Part shown: positions 19,967 through 28,463 of the stretch, piece after piece
Layout: each line of letters begins with the position of its first letter
Position numbering within the stretch: position 1 is the first letter of the stretch
Assembly: GCA_947632435.1 (NCBI GenBank)
Contig: CANRPC010000001.1
Coordinates: 75,986-139,985 of the forward strand
Origin: an uncultured Bacilli bacterium
GTDB taxonomy: Bacteria; Bacillota_I; Bacilli_A; RFN20; CAG-449
Direction of reading: 5' to 3'
Length of the DNA: 64,000 nt
Made by a program: the position numbers and the translations under genes
The notes under the pieces: model-generated
Seen by the model: the letters and a program-made list of their open reading frames with translations, nothing else
Told to the model about the DNA's origin: nothing
Database searches by the model: none

Positions 19967-22265
19967 ATGAAAAAATTTAAAAACTCAAAACTTATTGCTC
20001 TTACTGCTTTTATGCTATTTGGAGCAAATTATGCTGCACAAGCAAACTATAATAATAAAATTGTAACAAAAGCTGAAGCTAATGATGTAGTTACAATTTC
20101 AAACAAAGAAGATTTATTAAAGTTCTTTGATGGAAGTGCAAATTCATGTAATAAGGATGCTATTCTTACAGAAGATATAGATTTAGAAGGAAAAGTATTT
20201 GTTAATGTAGCTATGGCAGGCGAATACAACGGAAATTTTGATGGGGGGGGGGCATACAATTTCTAATTTTATTTCCAAAGGTCCTGGTTTATTTAATATA
20301 ATTGGTACTAATGGTAAAGTATCTCAATTAAATTTATCTGTTGATAATGGTGGTAAAATTGGTGGTGGAACTCTTGCTTATCAAAATAATGGTACAATTG
20401 AAAATTGTTTTGTACATTTAATTTTATCTGAAAGTTGTAATACATATGGAGCTATTTGTTTAGTAAATAGTGGATCAATTATTAACTGTAAAACTTATAT
20501 TGAATTTTTAGATAGTGCTACTTCATCAAATAACATTTATCCAATTGCAAAAAATGGAACATTTACTGATTGTAGTTATAACTCTAATCAAACAAATGGA
20601 TTTGCAAATTTTGAAAAAGTAACTCGTGATGAATCTATTACACCAAATCAAAATATGCCAACATTAGATCAACTTGAAACACCAACAGATGTTAAAGTTG
20701 AAAATAATGTTCTTTCATTTAATCCTGTTGATAATGCAACAAATTATGAAGTTACTTACTTTGATGAAACTGGAAGTAATAAAAAAACAGAAAAAATTTC
20801 ATCAACTACTTATACTTTAACTGATGACTCACTCTTTCCTGGAACATACACAATAAAAGTTAGAGCCTTAGGCGATAATAAAACATATGCTAATTCAGAA
20901 TATGCTATTGCCACAGGTACTTTTGTTGTTGAAGAAAAAGAAGGTTTACCAATTGAGATAAATAATGCACAAGAAACTTCAATTAATGGAGATCAAATAT
21001 TTATTTATACTTCAAATTTAGCTAATGCAAAACAGGAAGATATAAGCATTAGAATAGTTAATATTGAAACAAATAATCATAATAATGATGAATTTTATCA
21101 ATCTTTAATTAATTCATCAGCTAAAATTCAAGAATTTAATGTTTATTCTGATGCAAGTCAAAGAATTTATGGAATATTGAGTAAAGGTTTACCAGAAGAT
21201 AATGAACGAATAATTACGGTTGAATTAAGTGCAGTAGTAGGTAAACAATTCTATAAACAAAAATTAATTTTTGTAGGAAAAGAATATAAACCTAATTATG
21301 GTAAAATAGAAGAATTATCTGCTCCAACAAATGTTTCATTAGTTGATAATACTTTAAAATTTGATGAAGTAGAACATGCTATTGGATATCATGTTCAATA
21401 TCGTAATGTTAATGGTGGTGTAGAAGCTGAACATGATATAGAACCTAATGGTGAATTAACAGCCAAATTAGAAGAAGGAACATATACATTATTTTTAAGA
21501 GCTCTTGGTGATGAAATAGATTATACATCATCTTCATATGTTGAAGTTTCTGAAAAATTTATTGTTGCTGGAAAAGAATTACCTGAACTTGGTGCTCCAA
21601 TAAAGATAAAAGAAGAAGGAACAAAAATTTCGGGTGATCAAGTATTTATTAGATTTGAAGATGCTCCAGATATTACAAAAGAAGATTTCACTATAAAAAT
21701 TATTGATTGTGTATCTGCAAGCGGAAATGGAGTTGCTGATGTTATTAAAAAACAAACTCTTAAAAAAGTAAGTTATTCAAATGGTGAATTATATTGCACA
21801 ATGGGTGCAGGTATTCCTGATGAAACTGATTTAGTTACAACAATTAGAGTTTCATATGAAAAAGATAATGTCGTTTATTTACAAGAATTAGTATTTGATG
21901 GATTAAAATATGATTCTGAAAGAGCTGAAGATTGTAATTTAGGATATGCATATCCATATGGCACCCAAATGAGTCAAAATAATACAAAGATTCGTTATAT
22001 TGGTAAAGTATATGTTGGTGCTAAAGCAGTTGTAGATTTATCAAGTAAATATGCAAATATTAAATTTAAAATTGCTGCAAAAATCAAAGGTGAAGAAAAG
22101 TGGACTGAATTAACCACTAATATGATTATGAAATCATTAAATGCTGGATTTGGTGAACAAGTTACTGCAGAAGATGGATGGTACTATTGTGCGGTTGTAA
22201 TAAATAATTTGCCTACAGGTGAAAACGCTTTTGAGCCTCTATCTTTCACTGTGACATTAGAATAA
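19967..22265 (+). CDS. Large surface protein (signal peptide, GLUG-like motif, repeat region, conserved C-terminal domain). It is split into two ORFs (to 20266, and 20238 onward) by a +1 frameshift inside a G10 homopolymer. This is probably a phase-variable gene currently in the OFF state.
   Basis: ATG 19967 with RBS aaaggagag. Signal peptide MKKFKNSKLIALTAFMLFGANYAAQA. ORF1 ends ...GNFDGGGAYNF* and ORF2 continues GGGHTISNF. With 9 or 12 G the reading is NFDGGGHTISNF, which matches the FDGnGhtIsN GLUG-like motif of the paralogs at 3207 and 4607. Confidence 0.6.
20243..20252 (+). repeat. Poly-G homopolymeric tract (G10) inside the surface-protein gene. It is a candidate slipped-strand phase-variation switch.
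   Basis: Ten consecutive G in a genome of roughly 28% GC. The tract sits exactly at the frameshift joining the two ORFs. Confidence 0.8.
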
Positions 22266-22278
22266 GGAGAATTTGCAT

Positions 22279-22419
22279 ATGAAAAAGATTTATGAAAAAC
22301 CAATTTTAAATATAGATGAAATTTGTTTAGAAGATGTCCTTACAATTTCAGGCGCAGAAGATGGCATTGGAACTGAATTTGATTTTGAGAATTTAGAATG
22401 GAATGATGGTCTATTTTAA
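22279..22419 (+). CDS. Unannotated 46-aa small ORF (MKKIYEKPILNIDEICLEDVLTISGAEDGIGTEFDFENLEWNDGLF). It may be a double-glycine-type leader peptide.
   Basis: ATG 22279 with SD aaggag 8 nt upstream, directly after the surface-protein stop, followed by a terminator. A leader-like LEDVLTISGA precedes an acidic 20-aa C-terminal part. Not in the ORF track (under 60 aa). Confidence 0.25.
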   Translation: MKKIYEKPILNIDEICLEDVLTISGAEDGIGTEFDFENLEWNDGLF

Positions 22420-22452
22420 TTATTAAGTTTCTTAATTTAATTAAATTTTATA

Positions 22453-22482
22453 AACGGGGATGAATAATCCTCGTTTTGTTTT
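22453..22482 (+). terminator. Rho-independent terminator
   Basis: Stem AACGGGGA / TCCTCGTT (one G-U pair) with a 7-nt loop, followed by a T-rich tail. Confidence 0.5.
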
Positions 22483-22554
22483 CTTAAAAATGAAAAAAAT
22501 GATATTTAAGTATTTAATTTTAATATATACTTATTATTAAATAGGGTGATTTAA

Positions 22555-23484
22555 ATGATTATTAACACTGGGCAAAGAACAGATATACCAGCATTTTATT
22601 CTAAATGGTTTATAAATAGAATAAAAGAGGGCTATGTTTTAGTTAGAAATCCATTTTATCCAAAATTAGTTACTAAATTTATTTTAGATCCTAATGTTGT
22701 TGATGTTATTGGATTTTGTAGTAAAAACCCTAGACCAATGTTTCAATATTTAAATGAATTAAAAAGATTTGGTCAATTTTGGTATATAACAATAACTGGT
22801 TTTGAAAATGATATAGAACCTAATGTTCCTTCGATTAATCAAGTAATAGAGGACTTTAAATATTTATCAAATAAAGTTGGAGTATTGTCTATATGCTGGA
22901 GATATACACCAATTATTATCAATGAAAAATATACTTTAAAAAGGCATATAGAAACATTTAAATATATCGCAGAAAATCTTAAAGGGTATACTTCTCTTGC
23001 TGTTTTTGGTTTTCTTGATTTATATGATAAATTAAAAAAGAATCATCAAGAACTTAAAGATTGCTCTGATGAAGATAAAATCATTATTACTAAAGAATTT
23101 ATAAAAATTGCTAAAAATAATAATATGGAATTAAGATTATGTTCAAAAGAAAAATGGCTTCAAGATTATGGAATAGATGTAAATGGTTGCATGAGAATTG
23201 AAGACTATGAAAGAGCAATTTCATCAAAGTTAGTAATTAAAAAGAAAATGCAAGCAAGAAAATCTTATTGTGCTTGCTATTTATCTAATGATATTGGAGC
23301 TTATAATACTTGCTTACATTTTTGTTCTTATTGCTATGCGAATAAAGATAAAAATGAAGTATTAAAAAATAATGCTCTTCATGATGATAATTCACCATTT
23401 TTAATTGGTAATTTAAAAGAAGATGATGTTATTAAAGAATATCCTGCAAAAAGCAATAAAACTGATGAAATAACTTTATTTTGA
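22555..23484 (+). CDS. DUF1848-family protein with a C-terminal Cys cluster (CxxxCxxC)
   Basis: The N-terminus MIINTGQRTDIPAFYSKWF matches the conserved start of DUF1848 proteins as I recall it. C-terminal CACY...CLHFCSYC. Confidence 0.45.
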   Translation: MIINTGQRTDIPAFYSKWFINRIKEGYVLVRNPFYPKLVTKFILDPNVVDVIGFCSKNPRPMFQYLNELKRFGQFWYITITGFENDIEPNVPSINQVIEDFKYLSNKVGVLSICWRYTPIIINEKYTLKRHIETFKYIAENLKGYTSLAVFGFLDLYDKLKKNHQELKDCSDEDKIIITKEFIKIAKNNNMELRLCSKEKWLQDYGIDVNGCMRIEDYERAISSKLVIKKKMQARKSYCACYLSNDIGAYNTCLHFCSYCYANKDKNEVLKNNALHDDNSPFLIGNLKEDDVIKEYPAKSNKTDEITLF

Positions 23485-23681
23485 TTTTTGTATAAGTTTA
23501 AAGCTTATAATTTTTAACACAATAATTTAATATTAATTTGATTTTAACATTTATTTTTTTTAATAATTTTTCACAAAAATAAATTAATTTTGTTTGTTTT
23601 CATATCAAACGGAACACTTTATTGACAAATTATTTATATATTAGTATATTATAAATGAATCAAATATTTAGGGGTGCAAAA

Positions 23682-24281
23682 ATGAACAAAAAAAAATATT
23701 CTTCATCGATAAAAAAAACACCATTTAAATATACAATATCAAAAAAAATAGCTGGATTAATGTTAAATAAATTAGATAGAAATGAAATTTATAACACATG
23801 TTTTAATTGTAATTATATTGAAATTGATTCTCTTGAAAGAAGAAGAGAAATTACAAATGTTATCTATAATAGGTTGTTAGAACTAGATAATTATTTGCTC
23901 GATTATTTTTATAATGGAGATGTTATAACTTCTAAATTTATTTTAGTATATGCTATAGCAAAATCCGATTCACTTTTTTTTGATTTTTTATTTGAAGTAT
24001 ATCGCGAAGCTTTGTTAGGAAATAAAAATTATATTTCAATTGATGATTTTGAAACATTTTTTTCTTCAAAAAAGGAATGTGATGTTGTTGTTTCAAAATG
24101 GGGAAATTTTACAATTGACCAATTAGCCAAAGGATATAGGAATATTTTAGTTGAATCTGGACTTGGAACTAGAATTAAAAGAAATATAAATGTTGAAAAG
24201 ATAACTATTCATCCAAATATTGAAGAGCATATTCAATTAATTGGAGATAAAAAATTTTTACAAGCATTATTAGGAGTGTAG
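23682..24281 (+). CDS. brxA: BREX type 1 BrxA (DUF1819-like)
   Basis: About 200-aa helical protein, first gene of a six-gene cluster with BREX-1 order and sizes. Start chosen at the internal ATG 23682 (RBS aggggtg), because the ORF-track ATG 23655 sits within the predicted -10 region. Confidence 0.5.
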   Translation: MNKKKYSSSIKKTPFKYTISKKIAGLMLNKLDRNEIYNTCFNCNYIEIDSLERRREITNVIYNRLLELDNYLLDYFYNGDVITSKFILVYAIAKSDSLFFDFLFEVYREALLGNKNYISIDDFETFFSSKKECDVVVSKWGNFTIDQLAKGYRNILVESGLGTRIKRNINVEKITIHPNIEEHIQLIGDKKFLQALLGV

Positions 24282-24286
24282 TAAGT

Positions 24287-24895
24287 GTGAGAAGTATAAA
24301 TGAAAGAAGTTTGAATGAACGTTTTAATGAACTTGAGGATAGAATGCAATCCGTTGAATCATTAACAAGATATGGTACTGCCAACGACATGAAGTTTTAT
24401 ATTTTTGATTATAATCCAAAAGATGAATACGCAGTTAGAAAAGAAATCAAAAAATTAAAAGAACATAATCAAAATATTATTGAATTTGATCTATATGAAA
24501 TGATGCTTGAAATCATTGAGAAACAAGGATATACAGAAGATGTAATTCGAGCAGAAACAGAATATGATAAAGAACATTTGCTATCTGAGATTTTTCAACC
24601 TATTTTATCAGTTGAAGAGTCAAATAATGAGTTTTTAGAAATGTTTAAATTAAGGGCATATGATGATGGATCAAAAATCATTTTGATAACAGGTGTAGGA
24701 AAAGCTTATCCAGTAATTAGAAGTCATACAATACTGAATAATTTACAAAGCATTTTCAGAAAAAATCCTGTTGTCATGATGTATCCAGGAAGATATGAAA
24801 CTAAGCAAAAAATGACTTTACGATTGTTTGATCGATTAGATGATGATAATTATTATAGAGCATTTCCACTAGTTGAAAGGAGAATTAGCAAATGA
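24287..24895 (+). CDS. brxB: BREX type 1 BrxB (DUF1788-like)
   Basis: 202 aa, second gene. Its stop overlaps the brxC start (ATGA). Confidence 0.5.
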   Translation: MRSINERSLNERFNELEDRMQSVESLTRYGTANDMKFYIFDYNPKDEYAVRKEIKKLKEHNQNIIEFDLYEMMLEIIEKQGYTEDVIRAETEYDKEHLLSEIFQPILSVEESNNEFLEMFKLRAYDDGSKIILITGVGKAYPVIRSHTILNNLQSIFRKNPVVMMYPGRYETKQKMTLRLFDRLDDDNYYRAFPLVERRISK

Positions 24896-27800
24896 TTATA
24901 AAAGATTTATTTAAAAAACCTATTGATAGAAGTATTCAAGGCGTAGTAACTATAGGTAATGAAGATGAAGAACAAAAATGGCAAGAATTAGAAGAATATG
25001 TTTGTACAGGAGAAATTACAAAACAATTTAGAATTTTCTTTAGAAAATATCGCGAATCAATTGCTGCTCCTACTGAAAAAATGGCTGCTTGGGTTACTGG
25101 ATTTTTTGGCTCTGGTAAATCACATTTTCTTAAAATATTAGGTTACATTCTTGAAAATGAGATAGTAGCTGGAATGAATGCAGTTGACTATTTCAATGAT
25201 AAAATTCAAGATGAGATGCTGCTTGCTGATATGAAAAAATGTGCTTCAGCAAATAACAAAGTTGTCTTATTTAATATTGATTCAAAAGCAAAATCAGATT
25301 CTAAAAATAAGACTCAGGCTATTATGGATATCATGCTTAGAGCATTTAATGAATCTGTTGGTTATTGTGGTGATAGACCATGGGTTGCGGATCTTGAAAG
25401 AATGCTTGATGAAGAAGGGTTATTAAATGATTTTGTTACTAAATTTGAAAAACTTTCTGGTCGTGATTGGAAAGCAAATCGATCAAAAGCTGCATTAAAT
25501 AAAAAAATCATAATTGATGCTTTAGTAGAAGTTAGAAAAGTTCCAAGAACAGATGCTGAAGATTATATTAATGATCAAATTAATAATTACACAAATTCTA
25601 CAGAGGATTTTGCAAAGATTGTTAACGAATATTGCAAAAAGAATAAAGCAAGAATCATTTTCTTGATGGATGAAGTTGGACAATTCATAGGTGATAATAC
25701 ACAATTAATGTTGAATTTACAGACTTGTGTTGAAGATTTGGGAAAATATTGTAAAGGACAAGCATGGGTTGTTGTTACATCACAACAAGAACTAAAAGCT
25801 ATGATTGATTCTACTAAGGATAAACAACAAGATTTTTCAAAAATTCAAGCAAGATTTGACACTAGAATTTTATTAAGTGGAGCAGAAGCAGGAGAGGTTA
25901 TAAAAAAACGTATTCTTGATAAAAAGGATAATGCAGTTAATTCTTTAAAATCATTATATGATAGCAATGCAAATAAAATTTCTAATTTAATTTTATTTGC
26001 TGGAACTCCTTCATGGAGCGGATATAAAGATGCAGAAGATTTTAAAAATGTATATCCTTTTGTGCCATATCAATTTGAATTACTTCAAAAGGTTTTCACT
26101 GCAATTAGAGAACATGGTATGTCTGAAGGTAAACATCTTGCACACTCTGAACGTTCTCTTTTAAGTGCATTTCAAGAATCTGCCAAAAAATATAGTGATG
26201 CTGAAACAAATATATTAATTCCATTTGATAGTTTTTATTCTACAATTGAACAATTTATTGATTGGGATATAAAAAATGTTTTTACTTCAGCAGAAAATAA
26301 GGCAACGCTTAGTGATTTTGATTTAAGAGTTCTAAAAATTTTATTTATGATTCTTCATGTAAAAGAAATGCCTGCAACAATAGATAGAATTGCAACATTG
26401 ATGATTGAATCGTTAAATGAAGATAAAGTTTTATTAAAAAAAGACATTGCTGAGTCATTAAAGGTTTTAGAAAAAGAAACATTAATTCAAAAAAATGGTG
26501 ATGAATTTGATTTTTTAACTAATGAAGAACAAGATGTTAATAAACAAATTAATCATGTCGATTATAATGAAGGCGAAGTTAAAAGAAATATTCTAGACAT
26601 TGTTTATGATAAAGTTCTTGAGCTAACTACTAAATTTCGTTATAAAAATAGATATGATTTTTCACTAAATAGATATGTTGATGATGAATTAAAAGGCAGT
26701 CATGGACAAGATAATATCTCTATTAAAATTATGACTAATTTTTCTGGAATTTCTGATCCAACCATGTTTGCGTCAGAATCTACAAGGAGCAATGCTCTAG
26801 TTGTTGATTTAACTGAAGGTAATTTTATTGAAGAATTAACTAGAGCAAACAAAATTTCACTTTATAAAAGAAACAATAGCAGTTCTTTATCTGTTTCAAT
26901 GACTGAAATTATGGCAAAGAAATCAGCTGAGCTTTCAGAAAGAGTTAAGAGAGCTGAAGAAATTATTAAAGAGTCACTTAGATCAGCACCAATTTATTTT
27001 AATGGAAATATAATTGATATAAAACAAAAAGATGGTAAAGATAGGTTAAATGATGCCTTAAATCAAGTTGTTGAACAAGAATATTATAAATTAGGATATG
27101 TGTCTTATTTTTATCAAGACCAAAAATCAATTTTAGAAGTTTTAAATTCAAATAATAATGGATTGTTTGGGAATGACATTGCAGGAGATGCAAATGAAAA
27201 AGCATTTCAAGAAATTTTTGATAAAATAAAAAATGATAAAAATATTGCTAAAAGAACAAATGTAAAAGAATTATTGGATCATTTTTCTAAAAAACCATAT
27301 GGTTGGAGAGATTTAGATGTTCTTGGTATGGTAGCTAAATTATTTAAATTAGAATTACTTCAAATATTTATTCATGATGTTCTTGTTGATGACAAAAATT
27401 ATAGTTTTAAAAATGATTTTGTAAAGAAAAATAGTCTTGATACAATGGTTGTTAGAGTTCAAGAAAAAATAGATGAATCAGTATTAATTCAAGTAAAACA
27501 AATTATGAATAAAATTTATTCATTATCACTTCAAATAAATGAATCTGAAATGAAAAAAGAGGTATTAAATTTCTTTACTAAAAAAAGAGATTTCTTAAGT
27601 AATTTAAAGATTAAATATGGTAATGAATTTGCAGGAGCTTCTTGCGTTCCTAGCATTTATAAAGATATTGATGAAATTGTTAGAACAAATGATTCTGCAA
27701 CTATTTTTAATGAAATTATTTTAAGAAAATATTCACTTGAAGAAAAATCTGAGATTTTAGAACAATTAGAAAGTTTTTACAAAGATGGCAGTAATCAACA

Positions 27801-28452
27801 AAAGGTATATAATGATGCTTTAGAAATTGTTAAATGGTATTACCAAAACAACAATTTATTGAATGCTTTAAATAAATTAGATGACGTAATTTTTAGTATA
27901 GATGAAATTCTTAAAATGGATGTTCCTTTTACTAAAATTAATCTATTAAGTGATTTAGTATTCAAAGCAGGAGAAGTAAAAGAACAAATATTAGAAGAAA
28001 AATATAATGAAGTAATTAATTCATTAAATGATGATCAAAAAAATATTAAAAATGAATTTGTTGGTGTTACAAGTTCTGATTTATCTGAATTTAAGAAAAA
28101 CAAAATAAAAGATAAATATGATAAGATTGAACATATGTATCAATCATGGTATAACACTTTATCAAATAAAACTCAAAATCTTGATTCTTATGTTGTATCA
28201 AGTCAAAACACAGTGGAAGATTTCAAAAAATTTATTAGTTCTATAATGGCTGAGGTGGAATCTATTCCTTATGGTGATAATTCTAACCAACCAGTAAAAG
28301 AAATAAAAAGAAAAAATGTTAGAGTCATTGATTGTGTTCCTATTGCTAAGAAAAGAATAAAGTCAAAAGATGATATTGATAGTGTTATTCAATCAATTAG
28401 AAAAGCATTAGAAGAAGCACTTCAAAATAACGATGAAATAACAATTAATTAA
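24892..28452 (+). CDS. brxC: BREX BrxC/PglY ATPase
   Basis: 1186 aa. N-terminal IQGVVTIGNEDEE...WVTGFFGSGKSHFLKILGYILEN matches the BrxC/PglY P-loop region (GxFGSGKSHF). A long helical C-terminus. Confidence 0.85.
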   Translation: MIIKDLFKKPIDRSIQGVVTIGNEDEEQKWQELEEYVCTGEITKQFRIFFRKYRESIAAPTEKMAAWVTGFFGSGKSHFLKILGYILENEIVAGMNAVDYFNDKIQDEMLLADMKKCASANNKVVLFNIDSKAKSDSKNKTQAIMDIMLRAFNESVGYCGDRPWVADLERMLDEEGLLNDFVTKFEKLSGRDWKANRSKAALNKKIIIDALVEVRKVPRTDAEDYINDQINNYTNSTEDFAKIVNEYCKKNKARIIFLMDEVGQFIGDNTQLMLNLQTCVEDLGKYCKGQAWVVVTSQQELKAMIDSTKDKQQDFSKIQARFDTRILLSGAEAGEVIKKRILDKKDNAVNSLKSLYDSNANKISNLILFAGTPSWSGYKDAEDFKNVYPFVPYQFELLQKVFTAIREHGMSEGKHLAHSERSLLSAFQESAKKYSDAETNILIPFDSFYSTIEQFIDWDIKNVFTSAENKATLSDFDLRVLKILFMILHVKEMPATIDRIATLMIESLNEDKVLLKKDIAESLKVLEKETLIQKNGDEFDFLTNEEQDVNKQINHVDYNEGEVKRNILDIVYDKVLELTTKFRYKNRYDFSLNRYVDDELKGSHGQDNISIKIMTNFSGISDPTMFASESTRSNALVVDLTEGNFIEELTRANKISLYKRNNSSSLSVSMTEIMAKKSAELSERVKRAEEIIKESLRSAPIYFNGNIIDIKQKDGKDRLNDALNQVVEQEYYKLGYVSYFYQDQKSILEVLNSNNNGLFGNDIAGDANEKAFQEIFDKIKNDKNIAKRTNVKELLDHFSKKPYGWRDLDVLGMVAKLFKLELLQIFIHDVLVDDKNYSFKNDFVKKNSLDTMVVRVQEKIDESVLIQVKQIMNKIYSLSLQINESEMKKEVLNFFTKKRDFLSNLKIKYGNEFAGASCVPSIYKDIDEIVRTNDSATIFNEIILRKYSLEEKSEILEQLESFYKDGSNQQKVYNDALEIVKWYYQNNNLLNALNKLDDVIFSIDEILKMDVPFTKINLLSDLVFKAGEVKEQILEEKYNEVINSLNDDQKNIKNEFVGVTSSDLSEFKKNKIKDKYDKIEHMYQSWYNTLSNKTQNLDSYVVSSQNTVEDFKKFISSIMAEVESIPYGDNSNQPVKEIKRKNVRVIDCVPIAKKRIKSKDDIDSVIQSIRKALEEALQNNDEITIN

Positions 28453-28463
28453 GAGGTGAACTT

